DNA of 38,227 bases from Tricharina praecox. Lineage: Eukaryota. Under the pieces are notes generated by a model. The model was not told where the DNA came from, did not search any database, and was given only the letters and a program-made list of their open reading frames with translations. Below, piece by piece: positions 23,491-33,022 of this stretch (the stretch's first letter is position 1; every line of letters starts with the position of its first letter). The position numbers were made by a program, and so were the translations under genes. The stretch lies in the NCBI RefSeq assembly GCF_024521635.1, contig NW_026250425.1, positions 620,001-658,227 on the forward strand, read 5' to 3'.

Positions 23491-24474
23491 ATGGCCACCA
23501 ACACTCAGGTACCCAAGGTCCCCCAGCAGGACGAAGTACCAGTGGCGCCTCCCTTCTACCGAGAAATTCCCGCCGCCATCTATTGTCACAGTTCAGAAAT
23601 CCTGGCCTTAAGTGGCTACTGGGATGATGGCCATCAGCCATCAAAATACCTTTTGGTCGAGTGGTATAGTACTTTCCCAGTGTACTTTATTACAGTTTGA
23701 TGGCTGCAAAGGTCATGAGTTCAATTCCCACTGTGAGCAGTTACATTCCTCTGCTGCAGCGTTGTTCAGGAATTGCATGGCTTACAGTGAGTGACGGTTC
23801 ATGATTCTTATCATGAATTATCACTCATTGGGGGTTAACTACTTGAAGGCTTCCTGGAGTAAGCCCCTAAAGAGGGGATACTGTCACAGTTCAGAAATCC
23901 TGGCCTTAAGTAGCTACTGGGATGATGGCCATCAGCCATCAAAATACCTTTTGGTCGAGTGGTATAGTACTTTCCCAGTGTACTTTATTACATCTATGAA
24001 CAACTCGAAATCATCGTCAATCATGATGCACCCGCCGATGATGCAACCTTGATGGGGTTGTACAACGAATTCAGAATCCTCGCCCGCGCAATCACCCTAT
24101 CCCCAATAGCCGTACCGGCCTGGCGATTCGACGACCTTGAAGAACAACTTGCTGACGCCCGCCGCATCGCCAACCGCCTCGCCACCGTCGAAATCCTACC
24201 TCAAAGCCGCGCTGAGCGTGTCCTAGAACCAGCCATGTTTGACGGAACGCGAGAAGCTGGAAGAGTTCGTTGCGCAACTTCGACTCAAGCTGTACAGCTA
24301 CCCAGCCCGTTTCCCAACTCCAGCACTCCGAATGGCCTATGCCTTCAACTGCTTGGAAGGCTGCGCCCAAGCCCAGATCCTGCCTTACATCGAGAATCAC
24401 AACAACACCCTCACCGGCGCTGATGCAATCATCACACTCCTGAACAACGCATTTGGTGACCCTGACCCAGCGGC
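23491..24474 (+). pseudogene. Family B gag relic, interrupted by TRIM copy 2, frameshifted and truncated by an LTR
   Basis: Removing the TRIM plus one TSD gives MATNT...PAAIY|EQLEII...EPAMFDGTRE. After a frameshift it continues KLEEFVAQLRLKL...AYAFNCLEGCAQ...LNNAFGDPD, which is retrotransposon gag-like. Confidence 0.82.
23584..23992 (+). mobile_element. TRIM copy 2 (409 bp); LTRs 23584-23694 and 23882-23992; TSD TCTAT
   Basis: 111-bp TG..CA direct repeats with 1 difference, PPT AAAGAGGGGATAC before the 3' LTR, and a perfect 5-bp TSD (23579-23583/23993-23997). No protein-like ORF. Confidence 0.95.
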
Positions 24475-25211
24475 TGTGACCCCCTGGTCGCAATCGACCT
24501 GGCTTCAGGGTCTGACTTCTTACCAACGGAAGTTCGGGCAGAATAGTTAGATAGATCGGGGAGCAGGAGGAAACCTTTGGATTAGCCGTAGCTAGTCAGA
24601 GACGAGATAGAAAGGAAGGAAGCAAACGGGACCAGGGTCTAGGTGGGATCAGAGGCGCCGCGATACGCACGAAAAGCCCGATACAGTCATGCTTGACTTG
24701 AGGCAGACGAATCCCGAAACAAGTGCCGAGAAAACTCTGATCGGAGACAAACCACTATGACGAGTGTTGCCGCTCTTCTCGCGTCTTAAGCAAATAAGAG
24801 ACGTGCCGAAAGGCGCAGCCGTTGCCCAGCGGAGAGATAGCTGAAACCGGACTATGCTGGGGTAAGGATTGGTGCGCCATACCTGCCTAGTTTGTATAAA
24901 CTATCCTGAAGGCTTACGACGACTGATGACACGGCAGAGAAAGTCTCCGCACCAAGTGCAGAGATTTCACGCCAGGGTTTCCATCCGTCAACAAGCTACG
25001 GCAACGGCCGGCACGTGACTCGACCAAATCACCCAACTCTATAGACTTCCGACGACACGGCGAAAGATTCATCATGAGAATCAGCAACCAGAAAACCATC
25101 GACACTACCCCTTAAGATTATTCCGTTTGTGAAAGAAAGAATACTATCTATTTTCATTCCTATCCTATTCTATCAATTGACTCCGACGACCGAAATCGTT
25201 CCAGTCTCACA
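24475..25211 (+). mobile_element. LTR of a diverged sister of family A (~737 bp)
   Basis: TGTGAC...GTTCCAGTCTCACA termini. Shares CCCTTAAGATTATTCCGTT and patchy similarity with the family A LTR. Flanks GCGGC/TTATG do not match. Confidence 0.72.
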
Positions 25212-26643
25212 TTATGGGCAGCTTAAAGAAAGGTCGGCGAGTGCTCTACCTTGTGAAATGGCTCAACTACCCCAAACGGCGGGACTGGACGCACCAGCCA
25301 TCCGGCAACTTCTCAGTCGGCCGTCGGGAAAAGCTACGCGAGTCCAATTGCAAAAGTCCCGATGCGCCAAGGGACTACCGGCTCACCGATGAGTAAGTGT
25401 TTTTTTCCCATGTGGTTTTCTTGAACTCGGGCAGGTAGTAGGATGAAGGGGATGAAGGACTTCATCCACAGTTATCAGGTTGGGATAAAGGCGAGGACTT
25501 GGGTGCTTCGGGCTGAAGCCTCGTGGAAGGGGAGATGGTGTGACACCCCGATAGGTATCGGAGGCCACGACGGTCGCAAGACATGTGATTAGATAGTTCG
25601 GGTGATTACATTAGAGTTGTGAGCCGAACGGATAGTTAGAAGCGATCCGTCACAGTTCAGAAATCCTGGCCTTAAGTAGCTACTGGGATAATGGCTTTTA
25701 GCCATCAAAATACTTGTTGGTCAAGTGGTACAGTATTTTCCCAGTGTACTTCATTACAGTCTGATGACTGCCAAGGTCATGAGTTTGATTCCCACTGCGT
25801 GCAGTTACTTTCTTATGCTGCAGTGTTGTTCAGGAATTGCATGGCTTACAGTGAGTGATGGTTTATAATTCTTATCATGCAATATCACTAATTGGGGGTG
25901 AACTACTTGAAGACTTCCTGGAGTAAGCCCCTAAAGAGGGGATGCTGTCACAGTTCAGAAATCCTTGCCCTAAGTAGCTACTGGGATGATGGCCTTCAGC
26001 CATTAAAATACCTTTTGGTCAAGTGGTATAGCGCTTTCCCAGTGTACTTTATTACAATGGAGGACAAGTTAGGAAAGAGAAGAGCAAACAGATTCCAGAG
26101 TCTAGACAGTGATCAGAGATGCGGGTGAGCGGGGTAACAATCCAGAGGGCTTTGGGATCACCGATCATAGGACCCCGCAGTAGAAACTCCGGTCAAGGGA
26201 AAAACTGTTATGACAAGAGAATCAAACATCGACCTATGGGGGCAGAGAACCCCGAGCGATGAACTCTGCCGGCGCATAAGGAAAATAGTTGCCTGGGAAC
26301 TCCGATATATCTTGGGCGCGTGGTGTTAACCACCTGCCTAGTCGAGAAGACTATCCGAAGAGAGCTGACGACGGCTCAAGGCTAGGCCGTGGGGAACTCC
26401 GAAGCAAAGGAAGCAACGGGGCCGTATCAGGCCGCACTCTAGAGGAATCACATGCTGAGGATCGGAACGGCTATAAGTGTCAAACCGAGCGGGCAACCGA
26501 ACTGAACGCAATCATAGCACCGAACAACCATTGAAGAAACACCCTTAAGATTATTCCGTTGTGAATTATCGAAATCCCTGACTTTTATTCTATACTCGAT
26601 AATACCATTAATTCCGACGTCCTGAACTCGTTCCAGTCTCACA
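25212..26643 (+). mobile_element. Family A 3' remnant: chromodomain tail, PPT and 3' LTR (25539-26643, split by TRIM copy 3)
   Basis: MGSLKKGRRVLYLVKWLNYP...DYRLTDE matches the pol end of the intact element. PPT GGAAGGGGAGATGG. LTR is homologous to 28383-29071. Confidence 0.88.
25648..26056 (+). mobile_element. TRIM copy 3 (409 bp, diverged), inserted in a family A LTR
   Basis: Colinear with copy 2. Host LTR resumes after it (AGCGATC|..AGGACAAG). TSD is not preserved. Confidence 0.88.
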
Positions 26644-26840
26644 TTTGCTCACTCCTGCCCAACTTGTCTCTATGCTATGACTATTTATTCTTGTGTTTCA
26701 ATCACTTCTGAATAAACCACTCTTGCTGTGATTTCGCGAGCGTCGATCGGGGTGTCACACAAAGTTGATTTGTCAGGTTCTAGCACACGCCCATAGTCAT
26801 AGTCAGGTTGCTCGAAGATGTGGAGAATTTTCTATATACT

Positions 26841-27581
26841 TGGACAACCAAGAAGAATGGGAGGTTGAAGAGGTCCTCGACAGCCGGAACCTCAGGGGCA
26901 AACTCCAGTACCTGGTGAAATGGAGAGGCTACGCGGCACCAACATGGGAACCAGAGGAGAACCTTACCGAGGTACAAGCTGTGAACGATTTCCATCGACG
27001 ATACCCCATGCAGCCTGGACCAGTCAAACTTGCTCTGGTGGGAACTCGAGCCTTAGGAGGGACTACTGTCACGGCTCGCGACGGAACGACGAAGGGAGGG
27101 TCGGCACAAGGATCGGGAGAGTTGGGGGGCAGTGCAAAGGCAGTGCACCGGCAGTGCAAGGATGAGTCGCAGAGGATTGGAGGCTGTGTGCAGGGAGCAG
27201 GGATAGTGCAGTAATGAGCCGCAGGGGATTGGGGCTGTGTGCAGGAAGCAGGGGTAGTGTGGCTACACAGGGTATGAGTCACGGAAGCAGGGTACTGGCA
27301 AGGTGGATTTCTCAGGGTCTGGCACACGCCCACGGTGATTGCCAGGTTGCGGGAAGAAGTGGAGGATTTCCTATATAAACGGGCCGTTGCCCCTCTCTAT
27401 TTAGTTCTTCACGCAACAACTTGTTGATTCCACAACTGTTACCTATGTCCTTGCCTGGGCTGCCATCTACGCCGTAGTTCCTGTCTCCTCCCTTGTTTCT
27501 CAGTTACCGTCTACAGTGTGTTCCGTCTTGTTCTGTCTTCCCGACTCCTCTTGCCCAAGGCCAACCCAGTTCGTGTCCACC
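26841..27581 (+). mobile_element. Family B 3' remnant: chromodomain, PPT and LTR (from 27067), cut at 27581
   Basis: [38 protein letters not shown] chromodomain; AGGAGGGACTAC|TGTCAC junction. Confidence 0.85.
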
Positions 27582-28382
27582 TGTAACGGCACGGTCGGGC
27601 AAGGCTTCAGGTAGCGAAGCCGGGCTGGGGATCGGGTTCAGGGTTCCGCAGAGGCAAGACGGGTTCAGGGGACAAGGTGCGGCAGGGCTCAGTGCAGACG
27701 CCAACTGAGAACAGAGGCAGGGAGAAGCACTACGGCGCAGACGGCAGCCGAGGCAAGGACAGAGGTAACAGTGGTTGAATTAACAAGTTGTTGCGTGAAG
27801 AACTAAATACAGAGGGGCAACGGCCCGTTTATATAGGAAATCCTCCACTTCATCCCGCAACCTGGCAATGACCGTGGGCGTGTGCCAGACCCTGAGAAAT
27901 CCACCTTGCCAGTACCCCACTTCCGTGACTCATACCCTGCGCAGCCGCACTACCCTTGCTTCCTGCACACAGCCCCAATCTCCTGCGACTCATTACTGCG
28001 CTATTTCTGCTCCCTGCACACAGCCCCCAATGGAAATCGTTCACAGCTTGTACCTCGGTAAGGTTCTCCTCTGGTTCCCATGTTGGTGCCGCGTAGCCTC
28101 TCCATTTCACCAGGTACTGGAGTTTGCCCGTGAGGTCCCGGCAGTAGAGAACCTCTTCGACCTCCCATTCTTCTTGGTCGTACACGATTACCGGAAGTGG
28201 TGGCGGTGTAATTTGTCCAGGAAAGGGATCGTCAGCCCAGGCATGAAGGAGGAATACAGGAAATGTTCGGTGCTTCAGAACGGCGTCTGGGATGTCCAAC
28301 TTGTAGGCGTGGCTTCCGATTGTCCGTATCACGCGGTACGGACCATGGTGTTTGTTTTCCAGCTTGCGACTGGGTCTCTCGG
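27582..28382 (-). mobile_element. Family B integrase C-terminus (GPY/F module plus chromodomain) and 3' LTR (27582-28030; LTR start and PPT deleted)
   Basis: RPSRKLENKHHGPYRVIRTIGSHAYKL...[17 protein letters not shown]. The LTR is roughly 95% similar by eye to 22893-23451. Confidence 0.87.
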
Positions 28383-29071
28383 TGTGAGACTGGGACGGGT
28401 TCGTGTCGTCGGAGTCTATGGTAATATCGAGGATAGAATAAAAGTCAGGGATTTCGATAATTCACAACGGAATAATCTTAAGGGTGTTTGTTCGATGGTT
28501 TGTTCGGTGCGATGATTGTAGTTTGTTCGGTTGCACGCTCGGTTCGACTTATAGTCGTCCCGATCCTCAGCACGTGATTCCTCTAGAGTGCGGCCTAACG
28601 TAGCTCCGTTGCTTCCTTTGCATCGGAGTTCCGCGGCCTAGCCTTGAGTCGTCGTCAGCTCTCTTCGGATAGTCTTCTCGACTAGGCAGGTGGTAAACAC
28701 CACGCGCCCAAGATAGATCGGAGTTCCCGAGCAATTATCTCCCTCATGCGCCGGCAGAGTTCTTCGCTCGAAGTTGTCTGCCCCCATCGGTCGATGTTCG
28801 ATTCTCTCGTCATAACAGTTTTTTCCTGGATCGGAGTTCCTACTGCGGGGCCCTATGATCGGAGATCTCAAAGTCCTCTGGACTGTTATCCCGATCTCCC
28901 GCATCTCCGATCACTGTCTAGACTCTGGAATCCGTTTGCTCCCTCCTTCCTATCTTGTCCTTGATCGCTTCCAACTATCCTTTCGGCTCGCAACTCTATT
29001 CTAATCACCCGAACTATCTGATCACATCTCTTGCGACCGTCGTGACCTCCGATACCTATCGGGGTGTCACA
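28383..29071 (-). repeat. Family A 3' LTR
   Basis: TG..CA termini; 3 differences from 35061-35749 found by eye. Confidence 0.95.
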
Positions 29072-29212
29072 CCATCTCCCCTCCCACGAGGCTTCGGCCC
29101 GAAGCACCCAAGTCCTCGCCTTTATCCTAACTTGATAACTGTGGATGAAGTCCTCCATCCCCTTCATCCTACTACCTGCCCGAGTTCGAGAAAACCACAT
29201 GGGAAAAAACTC

Positions 29213-32200
29213 TTACTCATCTGTGAGCCGGTAGTCCCTCGGCGCATCGGGATTTTTGCGATGAAACTCGCGTAGCTTTTCCCGACCGCCTACTGAGAAG
29301 TTGTCGAATGGCTCGTTCGTCCAGTCCCGTCGTTCGGGGTAGTTGAGCCATTTGACGAGGTAGAGCACTCGTCGACCTTTCTTAGAGCTGCCCATAACCT
29401 CATCGACGTCGTATTCTTCGTTGCCTTCCACATCATCGGCCTCTCGTAAGATTTGAGAGGGATCCGGTGGTGCTCGGGTGCCGGCTCGGAACGGTTCAAC
29501 GAGCGAGACGTGAAAGACATTATGAATCTTCCACTTCCTTGGCAGAGTGAGCTTGACAGCGAGCGGCGATACGATCTTCTCGATTTGAAAGGGACCATGG
29601 TTCTTGTGGTCCAACTTCCGCGAGGGTCGGCGGGTTTGAATGTTCCGCCCATTGAGCATTACCAAGTCTCCTACTTGATAAGCCGGTGCCTCCTGACGAT
29701 GTTGATCTGCATACTTGCGCATTCGTTCGCGCGTTCGTTCGAGGGTCTTGATGTTTTCCTCGTGGACTGTATGCATCCAGTGAGCGTAGACCTTGCTGGC
29801 GGGGTTGAGAGAATTTGCCGCAGCAGGGTTTGTCGCCGACGGGTGGTATCCGAAATTCGCATAGAAGGGCGACATTCCGGTTGCCGATGTAACCGAGTTG
29901 TTGTAGGCAAACTCAGCCATCGGTAGGAGATTCACCCAATCGTTCTGTTCGTAGTTGACGAAGGAGCGGAGGTATGCTTCGATCGTCTGGTTGAGGCGTT
30001 CGGTTTGTCCATCCGTCTGTGGGTGGAACGCTGTTGACATCCGGGGCTTAATGCCTAGCAGCCGGATGAATTCTTTCCATGTACCCGAGGTAAACCGTGA
30101 GTCTCGGTCCGACACTATGTCTGCTGGTAATCCGTGAAAGCGCCATATCTCGCGGGCAAAGATCTTCGCGAGATCCTCGGCTATCTTTCCATCCTTAGGT
30201 AGGGGGATGAAATGCGCCATCTTGGTGAAGCGGTCGACGACCACCCATAGCTGGTCGCATCCGTTGGATTCCGGTAGGTCGGTAATGAAGTCCATGGCTA
30301 TTGATTGCCATGGGGTGTATGGTAACTCGAGGGGATTGAGTAGTCCATACGGCTGGTGCCTTGTTGCTTTGTCCTTCTGACACTGCGCGCAACTCCGGAC
30401 GAAGTCTATAATCTGCTCGTCCATCTTTGGCCACCAGAAATTGCGTCGGATAAGTTCGATAGTCTTGTCCTGGCCCATATGCCCCGCGACTTTCGTATCG
30501 TGTTCCGACTCGAGGATGTGTCTGACGAGTTCCTTATCGTCTGGTACCCATAGCCTTTCTTTCCTATACAGGCACCCCTCTTCCATCCTCAAAATCCTGG
30601 CCTTTCGGCCCATCCTGCCGGAGTCCCTACTCTCGGCGGCCAGTTCCCAGGCCTTTCGGCCTTCCGACTCAGTGTCCTTCTGAGCCGCGTCCCCGTTCGT
30701 GTCCTTGATGCTGCTCAGAGCCTCCTGATACCCAGCATCTTTCTTTCCTGCCTTCCTGACCCAACCCAGAAATTCTTCATTCCACTTTGGCACGGGGATT
30801 GATTGTAGCCGAGTTGACGAAACCAGGAACACGGTGCTTTCGCCTCCGGTGCTGATTGATGAAACTCTCGAATCGTCGCCTGCAAAGTGTGATTTATGCA
30901 GGATCGTCGTAATCGGCTGATCTTCACCCCCCCCTTTTTCAGGGCGGTACTCCGGGCGCCTGGATAATGCGTCAGGCTTGCCGTTCTGGCTGCCGGGCCG
31001 GTAGTAGATTTTGAAGTCGATGCCAGCGAGTTCTTGTGCCCATCTCGCCTGCCGTCGATTGAGTACTTTCGTGGTTGTGAAGTACTCAAGGTTCTGGTGG
31101 TCGCTGTACACCTGGATCTGGTGTTTTGCTCCCTCAAGGTATTGCCGCCAGCGTTTGAAAGAGTCTACTATCGCGAGTAGTTCCTTATCGTGAATCTCAA
31201 AGTTGATTTCGGCTGGGGTAAACTTTCTTGAGTGGAACGCAACTGGGTGTAACTTCCCATCCTCTGTCCTTTGAGACAGGACCGCGCCCAACGCGAAGTC
31301 CGAAGCGTCGGATTCCACCATGACAGGTAATTCTGGGTTGAAGTGCCCGAGAATCGGTGCCGTGGTGAACCTAGACTTCAGCTCCTCGAAGGCCAGTTCC
31401 ATCTCCGCTGTCCATCTCCAATCCTTCCCTTTTTCTTTTGTGCTCTCGGTCAAGGGTCTCGTGATCTTTGAGAAATCCTTGATGAAGCGCCTGTAAAAAT
31501 TGGCGAACCCAAGAAAGGCTTGTACTTCCTTCAGGGACCGCGGCGCCTCCCATGAGAGCACAGATTCCACCTTGTCCTTAGCCATCTCAATTCCATCTTG
31601 GGATATCACGTATCCTAGGAACTCGACTCTCCCTGTCGACCAGACACACTTCTCTGGTGAGATTGCCAACTTATTTTCTTCCAACCTCTTTAGTACCTCG
31701 ATGACTATCTTGTCATGCTCCTCGTGCGTCTTCGCATAGATGAGGAGGTCATCGATGTACGCGACCAGTCCCAGGTCCAACATATCCCGAAATATGTGGT
31801 TAATCATGTCCTGAAACGTCGCTGGAGCGTTGGTCAGCCCAAACGGCATGACCAAAAACTCAAATAGTCCGTATCGACAGCGGAAAGCCGTCTTCCACTC
31901 GTCACCTTCCTTGATGCGGATAAGGTGATAGCCATTCTTCAGATCAATCTTGGTGAAGACTTTCGCACCCCTGACTCGGTCTTGCAACTCTGCCATGATC
32001 GGGAGTGGGTAGCGATTGGCTACGGTAATCTTGTTGATACCGCGATAGTCGACACACAATCGGAGACCCCTGCCGTGCGCCTTTGGTACAAATAATATCG
32101 GCGCCCCGGCTGGTGATTTAGATCTTCGAATCTTGCCTGTCTGGAGCATCTCCTTGAGCCACTCTCTGAGGGCCTCAAGTTCTTTCTCTGACAGCGCATA

Positions 32201-33022
32201 GATAGGACCCCATGGAGGAGTCTCTCCTTCCTTGAGATCGATTGCGTGGTCGTAGGACTTGTGGTCGGGAAGCTTATCAGCTGCTTCCTTGCTCATGATG
32301 TTGGCATATCGTCTGAACTTCTCCGGAAGCAGATTTATGGGTGGATCTGATTCCGGGCCAGCTGAGACGTATCCGATAATGCAAGCCTCCGAATTGTGAA
32401 CGACAGACGTGTCAAGTTCCATCGGAAAGCTGGTTGCTTGTTGCAAGGTGCATTGTTCCTTGCATCGGGTGCTGGTGAAGCGAATTTTCTGTGCTTCATT
32501 CTCCCACAACCCTGTCGGTTCATGCTTAGCCATCCACCAATACGGGAGGTAGGCATCGCAGTCGTCCAAGGGAGCCACTTCGAAGGTTTCGTTGGTGTAG
32601 TGCCTCCGGTGTTGAAGGAGCATCGGCATTGTATAATATTCCCCGGCTCCTTCCACTATGGTTCCGTGGAAGTCCTTGATTTCCACCGGCTTAGGTCTTT
32701 GAATGAGAGGCAACCCAAGTTCTCGTGCAAGGCTTCGTTTGATGATCGGAATGGCACATCCTGTGTCAAGGAGTACTCGGATCCGTCGTCGCTTGTGCTC
32801 AGACCAGAGGAGCATCATTTCTATGATTGGTCGTGGTCCGCTGACAGGTTTTGGGGGCTCACACCCTGAGGCGCTCGGCGCGGTTGGACTCGTAGGAATA
32901 GGTTGGTCCGTTCGTCTTCGCTTATCTCTGGATTCGCTGTCGATATCCTGAGGCCGTGGTCTCTTCGTTCCGCAAACATATACACTTGGCCGTCCAGTCT
33001 GCGGAGTGCTGGGGCCGCTCAA
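29213..33022 (-). CDS. pol: Pol polyprotein: protease, RT, RNase H, integrase, chromodomain
   Basis: [92 protein letters not shown]. Domain order is gypsy-type. Confidence 0.96.
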   Translation of the reverse strand: MSGPSTPQTGRPSVYVCGTKRPRPQDIDSESRDKRRRTDQPIPTSPTAPSASGCEPPKPVSGPRPIIEMMLLWSEHKRRRIRVLLDTGCAIPIIKRSLARELGLPLIQRPKPVEIKDFHGTIVEGAGEYYTMPMLLQHRRHYTNETFEVAPLDDCDAYLPYWWMAKHEPTGLWENEAQKIRFTSTRCKEQCTLQQATSFPMELDTSVVHNSEACIIGYVSAGPESDPPINLLPEKFRRYANIMSKEAADKLPDHKSYDHAIDLKEGETPPWGPIYALSEKELEALREWLKEMLQTGKIRRSKSPAGAPILFVPKAHGRGLRLCVDYRGINKITVANRYPLPIMAELQDRVRGAKVFTKIDLKNGYHLIRIKEGDEWKTAFRCRYGLFEFLVMPFGLTNAPATFQDMINHIFRDMLDLGLVAYIDDLLIYAKTHEEHDKIVIEVLKRLEENKLAISPEKCVWSTGRVEFLGYVISQDGIEMAKDKVESVLSWEAPRSLKEVQAFLGFANFYRRFIKDFSKITRPLTESTKEKGKDWRWTAEMELAFEELKSRFTTAPILGHFNPELPVMVESDASDFALGAVLSQRTEDGKLHPVAFHSRKFTPAEINFEIHDKELLAIVDSFKRWRQYLEGAKHQIQVYSDHQNLEYFTTTKVLNRRQARWAQELAGIDFKIYYRPGSQNGKPDALSRRPEYRPEKGGGEDQPITTILHKSHFAGDDSRVSSISTGGESTVFLVSSTRLQSIPVPKWNEEFLGWVRKAGKKDAGYQEALSSIKDTNGDAAQKDTESEGRKAWELAAESRDSGRMGRKARILRMEEGCLYRKERLWVPDDKELVRHILESEHDTKVAGHMGQDKTIELIRRNFWWPKMDEQIIDFVRSCAQCQKDKATRHQPYGLLNPLELPYTPWQSIAMDFITDLPESNGCDQLWVVVDRFTKMAHFIPLPKDGKIAEDLAKIFAREIWRFHGLPADIVSDRDSRFTSGTWKEFIRLLGIKPRMSTAFHPQTDGQTERLNQTIEAYLRSFVNYEQNDWVNLLPMAEFAYNNSVTSATGMSPFYANFGYHPSATNPAAANSLNPASKVYAHWMHTVHEENIKTLERTRERMRKYADQHRQEAPAYQVGDLVMLNGRNIQTRRPSRKLDHKNHGPFQIEKIVSPLAVKLTLPRKWKIHNVFHVSLVEPFRAGTRAPPDPSQILREADDVEGNEEYDVDEVMGSSKKGRRVLYLVKWLNYPERRDWTNEPFDNFSVGGREKLREFHRKNPDAPRDYRLTDE

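Noticed and set aside
23604..23645. 5S rRNA-like segment in the TRIM LTR (loose resemblance to TTAGTAGTTGGGTGGGTGACCACCAGC)
   Set aside because: Needs several gaps over ~30 nt and cannot be distinguished from chance by eye. An Infernal search with the Rfam 5S model would settle it.
23647..23740. Bona fide tRNA gene inside the TRIM
   Set aside because: Only A/B boxes and a T-arm-like segment are visible; no pairing acceptor stem or full cloverleaf.
28638..28904. Duplicated 88-aa ORF (also 35316-35582)
   Set aside because: Lies within the LTRs, so duplication is trivial, and it is not conserved in the older LTR copy at 26061-26643.
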